Assembly: GCF_009914755.1 (NCBI RefSeq)
Contig: NC_060926.1
DNA length: 64,000 nt
Source: the human T2T-CHM13v2.0 reference genome, Homo sapiens
Direction: 5' to 3' (one strand)
Part shown: positions 28,273-41,570 of the stretch, piece by piece
Position numbering within the stretch: position 1 is the stretch's first letter
Layout of the letters: each line of letters starts with the position of its first letter
The notes under the pieces: generated by a model
Told to the model about the DNA's origin: nothing
The model's input: only the letters and a program-made list of their open reading frames with translations
Databases searched by the model: none
Program-made: the position numbers and the translations under genes

Positions 28273-30119
28273 AAGGAATGTGTTTATTTTTTAATCTTTT
28301 CTTGGGATTTTAATGACTCTTTTACTTCAGTTTTCATTTCTTCAATTTACCTGGTATCAAAAGGCAGTATTATATTATTAAAAGGCACCGGAAATGGCAC
28401 TAGGCAGAGATAAGTTAGAATTCTGTGTTCCCCACTTATGAGCTGTGTAATATTGCTCAGGCTATTCCATGTTTCTCAGCCTGAGTACAGTCATTTGTAA
28501 AGCAGTCATTGTAGTCAAAGTGATTGGAAAGTAATAATACTTACTATTTGGGGTTGTGATGTGGATTAAAGATAATGTATATAACTTGCCTGACTCTCTG
28601 ATTCTGTTTGCTTTGATACATTCTTTCCTTTGACATATTCTTTCCCACTACTCCTGAGAATGTCAAATTTAGAACCAGCACTTCCTGCAGAATTTTATTA
28701 ATATGCCTTCACCAAGAGCAGGCAACATGTATTTGGTGGCTGGTGCATGAAACGTGAAAAACTCTCTTTCCTAAAGCAGACATGTTCATAATCTAGTGGG
28801 CATCTGTCAGACGGCTACAGTGTTTGAAAGTGGGAGGAGTTTGGACTTTGGCTCCAAACTTTCTTGGTGCTTCTGCTCAGTTTCCCATGGGACAATTTTA
28901 CTTCCACCATTTTGGACTCTGAAGCCTGCAAAGAAGCATCTGGCTGCCATATTGTTTTGCCTCTCATTTCCAAATTGAGTCTCTCATGCAACTAAACTCA
29001 ATCGTATTCCATCAGAGGCAGCAGAGATTATTCGAATCTGCTTGAAGTTTCTGTTGTTTTCTTTTTTACACTCTGATATCTTTTTGCCTCCCTCTTCTGT
29101 GGAAGTGATTTTTTCCTGCCCTCTGAGAAGGCTTTCTAGCTCCAATCAGCTTGTGTTCTGTGTTCCCCAGGATGCCTCAGAGTTTCATCCAGAGTTCCTG
29201 ATATGCCACTGATTTTCTGGAATTGCCTTTTTTGGTTTTCTTTTTCCCTTCACTCTCTCATAATATATCCCCTTAGGGTGGTCCCATGAGAAAGAGTTCT
29301 GTCAGGTATAAGTACCAGGAATAGCTGAGCTTGCCCTGAATATCTGGCTGAATTTTTATCTTATGGGTATTTCTGGATTATACAGCACTCTTTCATTGGC
29401 TGCCTGGAAGCTCAGAAAGCATATTGGACTTTCCCCCAGCAAGTGCACAGAACCCCACAGTATGCACTATGTATAATGTTATCCTTGACTTTATCTTATT
29501 TTTCCCATATCGATTTTCTCACATTTATTTTTTAAACTTACTTTCTATGCATTTTTTGTTATACTGCAGCAAGTCTTTGTTAGAATGTGATGATATATAT
29601 AAGCATCCAAACTAAGAGACTAGTGCCATAAAATCATTTGCCTGCAGAAGCAAGACAGGCCAGAAATAAATGTAGTTCCACAGTGGCTGAGATAACCTGC
29701 AAAGGAGAGAGCATCATGCTGGAGATTTGAGATGAATCAGGTCATCTCTGGGATGTCACGAAAGTCCATGATTGAAGTCAGTAAGACATTTGTGATTTCC
29801 TGCAACCCTGTGTGTTCCTTCTGGACCCTGAATTCTAAATTGGATGAGTCACAGGACTGACTTCACATGGCAATAGCTTTGATGGATTTGAGCAGTTGCT
29901 TTTCTGGATCGCACAATGATTCATGAACCTTGGAGAGAGACATATAGACCAGTTTCAAGTCTCAGCTCTGTGGTTTAGCACAATATTCTGAACCTAATTG
30001 AGAATTGTAGCCATGACATTTGTTGCTTGTCAAATATCCATGTGCTCATGTACGTGTCACAGTCTACTTCCTTGCATTGAGGTAGGGATTGGTTCTTTTG
30101 TACTGAAGAATAGAACAGG

Positions 30120-30363
30120 TGTGAGGAAACTGTGCTTGACTTTTGCTGCCTGGGTGATAAGGAAGCTAGGGTCCCAGACGGTGAATCTACAAGAGGGTGA
30201 AGCCTCCATCTATCTGGGTCCTTGAGTGAGTGACAGTGCAAAGCCCTCACCAACCCATGTTGGACATTACATGAACAAGGAGTAAACATCAATTTTGTGA
30301 AAACAGTGAGATCTTGGGGTTACATGTTACAGCAACAGAGCCTAGCCCAACCTCACTAAAACA
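30120..30363 (+). mobile_element. MLT1 (MLT1J-like) LTR 3' part
   Basis: ctgggtccttgagtgagtgac...gtgagatcttggggttacatgttacagcaacagagcctagcccaacctcactaaaaca. Confidence 0.65.
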
Positions 30364-30574
30364 ACCCTCAGTATCCATGGTAGTAAAATGAGAATCATTA
30401 TCATTCCCTGACTTATTTCTTTTTTGAAATTTAGCAGTAATACGAATGGAATCCCTGGCACCACCATCTCACCTGGAATAATATTGCAGATGTTATAATA
30501 ATGAACATTTTAAATTAATTTCTTCAGCAGAGTCTGGAGATGAGGTTGAATAGGACATGGATGCAGGGCAGTAT

Positions 30575-30790
30575 AAGATGGAAAAAAGGTAATTTTGGGG
30601 ATCAGACAGACCTGGGGTTATAACCCAACCCAACACTTACTAGCTGTGTGATTTTGTGGAAAGCATTTAATCACTCTAAGTCTCTTTCTACAACTGTAAA
30701 ATGTGAATAATTTTATTTAACTTGCAGGCTTATTGTAGAGATTAAAAGAGCCTGTAAAGGGTCTAGCAAGTACCTTGGCACACAGATAAT
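30575..30790 (+). mobile_element. MIR
   Basis: atcagacagacctgggg...cacttactagctgtgtgattttgtggaaagcatttaatcactctaagtctc...tgtaaaatg. Confidence 0.8.
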
Positions 30791-30813
30791 TCCTTTGTTT
30801 TTGCTTCCCTGCT

Positions 30814-31656
30814 TGTTTCCAATATACATTTGGTCTTTGCCTGTTTCCTGGTTTCTTGGCATACAACTCCTAAAATAATTGGAATCTTCAATGTGCTGAG
30901 TGTCTTTCTGCATGCGAATGAGTTGACTGATGGCTGAAGCCCCTAGGTAGCTTCAGGATGGGAGCTGGTCACCAGGAAAGACCAAGGCAGGATTAGAGCG
31001 ATGGGATTTTTTGGTCCACCCCTGAACCTACAGGGAGGGGAGAGGGGCTGAAGGTCAAGTTGATCGCCAATGGCCAATGATTTTGTCAATCATGCCTATG
31101 TAATGAAGCCTCCAACAAATCCAAAAGGATAGACTTAGGAGAGCTTCCAGGTAGTTGAATGCCTGGAGGTTCCTGGAGGGATGTGTACCCGGAGGGCATG
31201 GAAGCTCCACGCCCCTTCCCACATAATTTGCCCTGTGCGTTTCTTTATCTGTGTCCTTTGTAATATCCTTTATAATAAACCAGTAAATGCAAATAAGTGT
31301 TTTCCTAAATTCTGTGAGCTGCTCTAGCAAACAAATTGAATCTGAGGAGGGGGTTGTGGGAACTTTGATTTAGGCTGGTTGGTCAGAAGCACAGGTAAGA
31401 CAACCTGCGGCTCGTGACTGGTGTCTGAAGAGGGGCCAGTCTTCTGGGACTGAGCTTTCAACTTATGGGATCTGATGCAATCTCCAGATAAACAGTGTCA
31501 GAATGGAATTGAATTGGAGGATTCTCAGCTGGTGTCCACTGTAGAACTGCTTGCTTACTTATTGGTGGGGAGGAACCTCAACACATTTGCTCACAGAAGT
31601 CTGCTTTGATTGTTGTGGTATGAAGGCAGAGGAAAAACAGTTTGTTTTTTTTCACA
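30814..31656 (+). mobile_element. MER21-family solo LTR
   Basis: agcttcaggatgggagctggtcaccaggaaagaccaaggcaggattagag; caatcatgcctatgtaatgaagcctcc; tataataaaccagtaaa. Confidence 0.88.
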
Positions 31657-32689
31657 GTTTGTGTTTTCCCACTCATTTTCACAACAGGCTGCCTCAAGGA
31701 AACCCACAGGCTCCTTCTCATGGAAGTGGCTTCTTTTAGGAACATTGGCTCTGGCCATTCAGTGAAGGACTAAGACAACCACGCTGCCTTCCTTAAGGCC
31801 ACCTCGACATTCCTGCTGCACTTGTCAGTAGGAATCATGCAACAAGGCTAGGCTTTGCTGATCTCATAAAGACTGACTGTGTCATGAGTTGTGCTGACTC
31901 AAGGTAGTAGGACTTCTGGGGCATGCAGCAGGAAGTCAAACAGATGTTAGCCAGGCGATCTTAGTAGGAAGGTGATGAATGAGGACGGGAGGCAGCAGCA
32001 AGCTTTGATGGAGACACATAATGGAACTAATACAAGCCCCTCTCCTCCCCTCCTGTTCTCCTCCCTGTCAAGAGGTGAACAGCTCATAGAGGACTAGAGT
32101 CCAGGCTGCAACACAGACCCCAGCGTCCATGAAAAGGATCTGCATCTGTGATGGGAAGGAGAAGTTCAATTAAAAGATATCAAAGGGCAAAATGTTTCCA
32201 GGCTAGTGTTCTTAAATTCCCTTACATTTATCTTGCTCAAATTGCCTCCTCTCTGTGCAGGGTTCAGCCTGCCCGGAAATGACCTCTCCTGCCTCTGAGC
32301 TCCTCCTTTGTTGGCCAACCACTCAATTCATTTAACAATTAATCATGTCCTATGCTGTGGCATCTCTTCTACTGCTCTCCCAAAGTCCTATTTCTCTCTT
32401 GAATTCCTGTTTGAATTTTCAAGTGTTTGGGTCTTAAGTTACACTTACGTTGCAAGTACCTGGATTTCCATGCATTCCACCATGCCTGGAGTGGTGCAAG
32501 GAGCAGGCTTTGGGGAAGACCAGGGAACATGATTTTCTTACTGGTTATTTTATTATGCCTTTGTGTACTTCATCTCTGTTTCTGCTTTTCTCAATTTATC
32601 TATTTCCCTCAAAGCGGATCCTTGTCATGTTGGAAGTTTATGTCTGAGATCTTTACCATTTCTTGTGAAGACTACTATTGAAGCACATA

Positions 32690-32716
32690 TATATGTATAT
32701 GTATACACACACACAT

Positions 32717-32749
<33 letters not shown>

Positions 32750-32752
32750 ATA
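32690..32752 (+). repeat. (TA)/(CA)/(TG) compound microsatellite
   Basis: Includes a TG run of about 13 units; similar sequence resumes at 33121-33168. Confidence 0.85.
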
Positions 32753-32756
32753 CCTA

Positions 32757-33120
32757 TGTATTAGTCCATTTTCATGCTGCTGATAAAGACATACCCGAGA
32801 CTGGTTAATGCATAAAGAAAAAGAGCTTTAATGGACTTATAATTCCACATGGCTGGGGAGACCTCACAATCATGGCAGAAGGCAAAAGAAATGCAAAGGG
32901 ACATCTTACATGGTGGCAGGCAAGAAAGAACTTGTGCAGGGAAACTCCCCCTTATAAAACCAGCAGATCTCATGAAACTTATTCACTATCACAAGAACAG
33001 CATGGGAAAGATCCACCTCCATGATTCAATTACCTCCCACTGGGTCCCTGCCATGACATGGAATTGTGGGAGCTACAATTCAAGATGAGATTTGGGTGGG
33101 GACACAGCCAACCCATATCA
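32757..33120 (-). mobile_element. THE1 (THE1B/C) MaLR solo LTR
   Basis: tgtattagtccattttcatgctgctgataaagacatacccgagactgg ... gagatttgggtggggacacagccaacccatatca; 364 bp. Confidence 0.93.
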
Positions 33121-33164
33121 CCACACACATATATATATGTGTATATATGTGTATATATATATAT

Positions 33165-33443
33165 ACACAGGGTCTTGTTCTGTCACCCAGGCTGTAGTGC
33201 AGTGTAAATCATAGCTGAAACTCCTGGGCTCAAGCAATCCTCCTGCCTCAGCCTCCTGAGTAGGCAGTACCACAGGCCTGCACCACCATATCAATTTTTT
33301 ATAGGTCTAAAAAAAATTAGAGTAATTTTTTTAAAGGTCTCGTCACGTTGCCAGGTTGATCTCAAACTGCTGGGCTCAAATAACCCTCCTGCCTCAGCCT
33401 ACCAAAGTGCTGGGATTATAGGCATAAGTCACCATGCCTGGCC
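33165..33443 (-). mobile_element. Alu, AluJ-type (diverged)
   Basis: cagggtcttgttctgtcacccaggct...accatgcctggcc. Confidence 0.9.
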
Positions 33444-33549
33444 AAAGCACATACTTTTTATTAGACCATTTCATTCTTTCTTCATTGCCTTCACCAGCAC
33501 TTGCAGTTGGCTTTCTTTTGGGTGTCATTTTCCACAAAGAAACAAAGTG

Positions 33550-33834
33550 GGCTGGATGTGGTGGCTCATACCTGTAATTCCAGCCCCTTGGGAGGCCCAG
33601 GTGGGAGGATGGCTTGAGCCCAGAAGGTTGAGACCCGCATGGGCAACATGGTGAGACCCAATCTCAAAAATCAGCCAGGCACGGTGGCGCATGCCTGTGG
33701 TTCCAGCTACTTGGGAAGCTCAGGTGGGAGGATCATGCTTGAGCCTGGGATGTTGAGGCTTCAGTGAGCTGTGATCATGCCACTGCATTCCAGCCTGGGT
33801 GACAAAGCGAAATGTCTCAAAAAAAAAGAAAAAG
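33550..33834 (+). mobile_element. Alu, AluJ-type
   Basis: ggaggatggcttgagcccag and gtgagctgtgatcatgccactg J diagnostics; A tail. Confidence 0.92.
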
Positions 33835-34182
33835 GAGGTGCTCATTATTCTCAAAAATTTTTATGTATGTTACAATGAAAGGCTGAGTAACAATCTTTTT
33901 GGAAGAGAAGGTGTTGGCAGTCTGCTCTACCCATTAGCTTAGCCACTTCCTCCCTCAAGGCAGCCATGTGGGTGAAATATTCCAATTTATGCCCCAGGAA
34001 AATGACAAGTGACCCCTATGTAATGAACCTGGTAAATAGCAAAACTGTGAGGGTGGTTGCCATGATGCCAAGAGCCTCTCAGGTGTCTTTCAAGGTTTGG
34101 CTTAGCTAACTTGTTCCAAAAGCAGTTCTAAAACAATCTGATTATTCATTTTCCATTACCTATACTTCTTTTTCTGTTTTCA

Positions 34183-35185
34183 ACTACTTTATTGAGATGA
34201 AATTCACATACATACAATTCATCCATTAAACATAACATTCAATGGCTTTCAATATATTCATCCAGTTGTGCAGCCATTAGCACAATCAATTCTAGAACAT
34301 CTTCATTTCTCCAAAAAGAAACCCTGTGCCCATTAGCAGTCACTCCCCATTCCTGCCCATTTCAATGCCTCCAGCTTTAGGCAGCCATGAATCTACTTTC
34401 TGTCTCTATAGATTTGCCTCTTGTAACATTTCATGAAAATGAAAGCATACAATGTGTATGTAGCCTTTTGTGATTCACTTTATTCACTTAGCATAATGTT
34501 TTTAAAGTTATCCATGTTGTAGTGTGTATTAGAACTTCATTCCTTTTCATGGCCAAATAGTACTCCATTGCAGGGATATGCCACATTTTATTTATCCATT
34601 AATTAGCTGATGGACATTTGGGTGGCTTCCACTTTTGTTTGTTATGAATAATGCTTCCACAAACAGTTATGTGTGTTTTTCTGTGGATCTCTATTTTCAT
34701 TTCTCTTGGGTAGATATCTAGGGATAGAATTGTTCTGTCATACCATAACTCCATGTTTAACATTTGAGAAACTGCCAGGCTGGGCGTGGTGGCTCAAGCT
34801 TGTAATCCCAGCACTTTGGGAGGGTGAGTCGGGTGGATCACGAGGTCAGGAGTTCGAGACCAGCCTGGCTAACATGGTGAAACTCCATCTCTACTAAAAA
34901 TACAAAAATTAGTCAGGTGTGGTGGCGGATGCCTGTAATCCCAGCTACTAGGGAGGCTGAGGCAGGAGAATTTCTTGAACCCAGTAGGTAGAGGGTTGCA
35001 GTGAGCTGAGATTGTGCCACTGCACACCAGCCTGGGTGACAAGAGCAAGACTCCATCTCAAAAAAAAATAAAATAAAAAGAGAGAAACTGCAAAACAATT
35101 TTCCAAAGTATTGCACCATTTTGCAATGCCCCAGCATGTGAGGGGTTCCAGTTCCTCCACATCCTCACTAATCTTGTTTGTTTCT
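34183..35185 (-). mobile_element. L1MB-type 3' fragment, split by an Alu
   Basis: actttattgagatgaaattcacatacatacaattcatcc...gttccagttcctccacatcctcactaa. Confidence 0.9.
34778..35079 (+). mobile_element. Alu, AluSg-type
   Basis: ggatcacgaggtcaggagttcg diagnostic; TSD gagaaactgc. Confidence 0.95.
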
Positions 35186-35255
35186 TCTTGATCTCCTTAA
35201 GTCGATTCCCTGTGCTCAGTTTCTCCAGTTTTCTGCTCCTCTCCAAGATGGCCAT

Positions 35256-35616
35256 TACTATGGTCCAGATGTTTTTGTCTTCCCCAAGTTCATATGTCGA
35301 AATCCTAACCTCCAAGGTGATGGTGTTAGGAATTGAGGGCCTCTGGAAAGTCACTAAGCCATTGGGTAGAGCCCTTGTGAATGAGATTAGCACTCTAACA
35401 AAAGAGTCCCAGGACAGACCCCTTTCCCCTTCCACCATGTGAGGATACAGCTAGAAGGCATTATCTACGAAGAACTGGCCGTCACCAGGCACTGAATCTG
35501 CCAGTGCCTTGATCTTGGACTTCTCAGCCTTCAGAACTGTGAAACATAAATTTCTATTGTTCGTAAGCCACTCAGTCTGTGGTATTTTCTTACAGAAGCC
35601 TGAATGGAGTGAGACA
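35256..35616 (+). mobile_element. MLT1A-type MaLR solo LTR
   Basis: ttcatatgtcgaaatcctaacctccaaggtgatgg...gccttgatcttggacttctcagcc; perfect 5-bp TSD GCCAT (35251-35255, 35617-35621). Confidence 0.9.
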
Positions 35617-36490
35617 GCCATGGAGTGAGGTGAGCTGGGAGGAGACACTGCAGGAACTAGGAAGGGTCGGGATTCTGGGCAAGGTGTTCTCTGGCCCCTG
35701 AGTCCTCTAGTTATTACAATGCAGCTTGCAGGGCCACACGCTGGGAATCACACAGATCCCGAAATACAGTCAGGGCTCCCCATGCGAGCTGAACACCTAA
35801 TCCTGGAGAAAAAGGTGGGGAAGAACACCCAACAGTTTTGCTTTCTTGCAATCTTTCAGGCTGTAACGGGGTGGAATTTAATTCTATTCCTTCCTTGGAG
35901 CAGCAATTCCGTGACTTGGCTGTCACATGCAGTAGGTCTATCTTCCCTCACTGGTGGGGGCTGTGGGGGTCTCCATGCCATGGTCATTCTAGGCTTTGTT
36001 CTTGATATACCAAGTCAGAGCTAAAGGAATTAGAAGCCTTTCACTCTATCAAATCCTGTCTTTCAAGTGTATCTCCTTGCTGCAAAATCGTATTTTGCAT
36101 GCCAGAAGCAGACTACTAATTTCCTCATTTTTTTCCTTTGCATTCTTTCTGTAACACATGAGTCCTGAATAAATGAATAAATGAATAAATGCACCTGACT
36201 GGCTAGGATGAAGAAGATACATTCAGGAAGGCAGAAGAGAAAATTAAATATTTTTCAAAACATTATTCCTATTAAATTGCTATCATTTCTGTGTTTGTCA
36301 AATTCTTTAGCCTATGACTCACTGCCTGAAAAGATTTTTGTCTAGCTTTAATACTTTAGTTTGTATTACGATTATAAGGAGTTACTTTGTTTTCCAAGCA
36401 TAAGATTATTTAATATTCCTAAAATAATTTAAATTATGCAAGTATTCAATGATCGTATTATGACTGTAAATAAAGTTTACATAAAGCTAA

Positions 36491-37051
<561 letters not shown>

Positions 37052-39332
37052 TACTTTACTTTCCCTTAACAGCTACTTAGTAGTCCCTAGTACAGAAACA
37101 CCCAAGTTCTTAAGCCAGGTCCCTATGAATGGGTGTGAAAGTGGGTTCTTATATATACATTTTTATTGCTACAAACTATGATTGAGGGGACATTCTGGTA
37201 AATGCCTCTTTCTGCCTCTACACAAGAGTTTCCCTAGTGAGAGATTTAGATGAGGAATTTTTGGGTCAAAGGGTATTCACATTTAACATTTTAATATGTG
37301 CTACCAAATTGCCCTGCTGAAGGTCTGAACTGAGGCTATGCTATTGAGTGTGTCTGTGGAAGAATTGCACATGTCCTCAATCCTGTACCTCTGGAGATGA
37401 TGACATACTCCTCCACTCCCTCGAGAATCATTCTTTCATATTTCAGTGTGAAATTGTGGAATAAAGCATGTTGTTTGCTGCTGAAGTAATTTCAGGCACC
37501 AGTGAGCAAGCAAGGGAGGAATTTCAGGGTATGCAAGCCGTTCTGTGCCCCTAAAATTACTCTATCCTGGTAGTTGGCTACCCTGTGGGGCCCACATAAG
37601 GTCTGCTCTCCTTGTTTGTTTGGGGGAAACTGAATGCCTGGGGGAGCTGGGTCCACAGCCAGGGCTTGGTTCAGAATGGGAAGACCCTCAGAGATGAGAT
37701 TTTTACTCTTGATTTTTGGCTCCTCTTTGCAAAGGGCTGTAGTAGACCTGGCCAAATACAGGCCTCTGGGACCTCTGTGGGAGAAGCCCAGAGCCACTGA
37801 GAGCAGACGCCATCCCAGCAGGTCCTGAGAGTCCCAGTAGAGGAGGAAGGGTGGGGTCAGACAAAACATTATGTGTGAGGAGCACAGGTTGAGACCATCC
37901 CAAGAGGCTGCTGGGAAGCAGAGCATGAGGCTGGCCAAGGAGGAACGGGCCACGACCAAGATGCTAGCTTTCATCCTTGTGAGATCCTGGCCACTTGGCT
38001 CAAGGTGGGCTGCTGACTTTGGGGCTCTAGAGTTGTGAATGTGGGTGGATGATGGGAAGTCGAGCAGGGCTGTAGAATAAAACTAGAATGCATAGAACTC
38101 TCACAAAAACTCTGAGCAATGGATCTTAACGTTGTCCCATTCAGCAGGAGACAGGCTGAGATGTTAGCATTCTTGTGGGCAGAGTCACAGTTTGCCTTCA
38201 GATCTGTTAGACACAGAGACTCATGCTCAGCCCCAGGAAGAGAAGGCCACTGCAGGTGTCCATTCATCTGAATGTCTGTCCTGCTGGCCGGTGTGCATGG
38301 TTCCCAAGGGCGCACAGTGGATAGTCAGCGTGTGTTTTGTGAGTGACTGAAATGGAGAACCAGAAGAACTCTCCAGCCATGAAGAGGCCCCATCCGCAAA
38401 GGGTGACAGTTGAGCAATCTCCCTCATCCCTATAAAGGCCATCTTGAGATTCTTCTCCCAGGGACAGTGCTACTCACATAAAGCCCCTCATGAGAAGCCT
38501 CCACCTTCTGATGAGAGCAACTGATCTCCTACAAGTGTGGACAGCCCACTGCCCTCCATAAGGGGCAGAGCTGGGGTTGGGGGGCACTCAGCTGGGGTAT
38601 GGGTTGGGGGGCAGGTGTAGTGCTGGTCTGAGAGCTGAGGACCAGGTGTCTCCTCCTTTAGAGTTTTGTTAGGAATTAGTCCTGAAACATTAACAGCTTC
38701 TCTTCCTCCTCCTTTCCCTCTTTTCCCCACGTCCAGGTGCCACCTGCTTCTGCTCCCCTAACACCTACTGTAGCTGCACACGTGGTCACCGGCCCTGGGG
38801 CATTTGCATGAGGAGGCAGCAAGTTCACAGTGGAGGACATCGAGGCTCAGAGGGGCAAGTCCCTTCCTGTAGTGCACACAGATAATAGGGGACTGCACAA
38901 CCTTTCACCTCCCTCCTGCCAGACTGTGGAAGTTCAGAATTCTCTGAAGATCTGGTATTGACTTCTGGGTTCTGAGAGAAAATAGAACTCTTCTGGAGGA
39001 GCCATCGCTGGGCTGTGATGATGAAGTATATTACCCTTTGAGGGCCAAACCTTGGACATAAATCACATTTACAGCCTCATGCCTAGTGACTCTATGAGTA
39101 AATGACAGCATCACATTTTCCTTTATAAATCCCGAGTGCATGCATTTGCTTCTGAAAAAGAAAGCTTGCTCTTGGCTAAGGATGGGATCCCAAAGATCTG
39201 GAATGGGGGAACTCCCTTCAAGGGAACTAGAAAATACTGACAGTTCAGGGTGTACCAGAACTTCCGTCTCAGGAGGGCAGGGCGCTGGGTTAGAGTTGGC
39301 CCTTCCCTCCATCCCTTCCCAGGCACTGAGAG

Positions 39333-39419
39333 ATAATGACACCTTTCATTCAATAGATGACATAATGACATCTTTCATTCGATAGATGATATAATGACAC
39401 CTTTCATTCGATAGATGAT
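39333..39419 (+). repeat. Minisatellite, 3 x 29 bp
   Basis: Unit ataatgaca(c/t)ctttcattc(a/g)atagatga(c/t) at 39333, 39362 and 39391, head to tail. Confidence 0.95.
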
Positions 39420-39479
39420 AGATTTGATAGATGGCTTCCTGATACTCCTCATCTTGACCAAACTCCTCAAGATATAAAT

Positions 39480-39625
39480 TACTTCCTCTATTTTACCTAT
39501 ATGAGTAAACTGAAGTTTGGTGAGATGAAGTGCTTTGCTCAAAGTCACACCAGTGATAAGAGTGGGATTCATGTCTTTATACCAAATCTGGCTGGCTCTG
39601 AAGTTTGAATGTTAGCCACTAAGCC
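39480..39625 (-). mobile_element. MIR
   Basis: cctctattttacctatatgagtaaactgaagtttggtgagatgaagtgctttgctcaaagtcacac. Confidence 0.8.
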
Positions 39626-41129
39626 ATGAAGCTTCATTAAAGTCCTGCTGGTTCTTAATGATATAGGATAATTTCAAACTCTCCATAAAGGTCAGGGTAC
39701 CTGGAAGGAAGAGAACTAACATTTATTGAGTGTCTACTATGTACCTTTTACAAATTCTTTACTCTTCTTTCCAACAACCCTTTGAAAATGTCGTAGATCT
39801 ACTTCACTATAAAAATAATTGCCTCAGTAGGAAAAAGGGTTAGAAGTCAGAGTTTCAGACTTGCTATTGCAAAATTATTTTAAAAATATATATTTCAGCC
39901 ATGAAGATGATTTTTAATCATGATGAATGTAAATGCTATGAACTAAAAGTAATAGGAATATCACCAAGGCAATCCTCAACAGCATATTCAAACCAAACCT
40001 AAATTGCAGCAAGAGGTCACAACCTCTAAACATACACAAAAGCCTTTTTTGTCAGAAGTGCAGATGGTGACTTGGTAAACAATCTGTGAGCTCCTAAGCT
40101 GCCCACATAATTGATCTTCTCTTATGCTCTAGCGTCAGCCTCAACTGTGAGGAAATTATAACAATGAGAGTCTTCATGATGCAAAGTCTGCTTCCTAATA
40201 AATGAATTCCCCATTCTCCAATTTATGTGGGGAAAGTTGGTACACCTGCATTGCTCTTCAGGTCCCAACTTTCTTTCTGGGAGCAACAGCCTAGCTGATG
40301 ATTTGGTCTGAGGCTTATGACACCTTTTCCTGCTGGCACTTGCCAAACATGCCTGGGTCTCCCAGCAAGCATCAGACTCCAGGCCATGGGGAGGTAGAGG
40401 AGAGAAGCAGCTCTGGAGGGCAGTTGCTGTTGCCTCCTCTGCCTTTAGACGTTTGTTAACTCCTTTCTGTGATCCTTTGATGTGTTCCAATTGAAAAACA
40501 AGTAACAAAAAAAAAATACCCCAAACTCTTTTGCCCTCTTGGCCCTCAAGATAATGTGATTAAATGGGGCAGAACTGGCCACCAGCTATACCAATAACAT
40601 CTTGAAATTTTGCCCTTTAACCCATTAGAAAACACAGTGTCTCTGAAGAGAATGGGCTCATTTATCACATCTCCCCAGAACATTGGCACTGACTGGGCCG
40701 GTGAGCAAAGCTCACTGCAGAGAAAGGACAGGAGGAGGAAAACCCTGCACACCTTGTAGAAGCAGAGTCTGCGTTTTCCACTCAGCAATTAATCTCCTTT
40801 GGCTCTGCTAGATTATAGCAGATGCAGGACAGCTCTGCTGTAGGAATACGAGGGGGACAGTGAGCCCTGGAGCGGAACATAAAGCAACCTTGCAAATAAT
40901 GCCGAAATATCCCAGAGGGGCCAATCCCTGCTGCCCTGTGGCACTGCGTGGCCCAAGGCACGATGGCAGCAGTGAGCATGAGCCCTTGAGGGACATGGGG
41001 GAGTTTGCACTGCCTCCACACGCCTCCTTCCATTGCTCTCCACTCTTCTGGGCAGAGCACGCACAGTCGTTCCTCTGTGTGCTCTGATCCCTTCCATCTC
41101 TGCTTGATCTGGTCCCTGCCTCTCCTTAT

Positions 41130-41570
41130 TTATTAAGCTTAGCCATGCTGGCTTTCTTTCTGCCCTGAGCACACCCAGCTGGGCTCCAGCCTTGAGGTCT
41201 TCACCCTGCTGTTCCCTCTCTCCGGGTTACTCTGTCCTGAGATCACCACATGCCTGGATCTTTGTCATTCAGGAAATAACTCAAGTCACCTTCACAGGGA
41301 GGCCTCCTGGTATTGACCAGCTGATAGGAGCCACATGCAGCCCCCAGACCCAGTCTCTGTCACGTCACTCTTTTCACCTTCGTTCTAGCTCTTCTCACCA
41401 TCTGAGGCTTTCCGCTGAATTTCTTGCTTGGTTGTCTTGTCCCTCCAGAACACAAGCTCCTCGAGAGCTGGGGTTGTGACCTGTTTGTTCACTGTGTACA
41501 CCCAACATCTAGAATAGTGCCTGGCATGTCGCTGAAGCCCATCAACTATCTGTTGGATGAATGCATTCTA
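41130..41570 (+). mobile_element. L2 3' end fragment
   Basis: tttgttcactgtgtacacccaacatctagaatagtgcctggcatgtc...tgttggatgaatg. Confidence 0.7.

Noticed and set aside
39333-39419. 29-bp direct repeats of CRISPR-like length
   Set aside because: No spacers, no cas genes, primate genomic context; an ordinary minisatellite.
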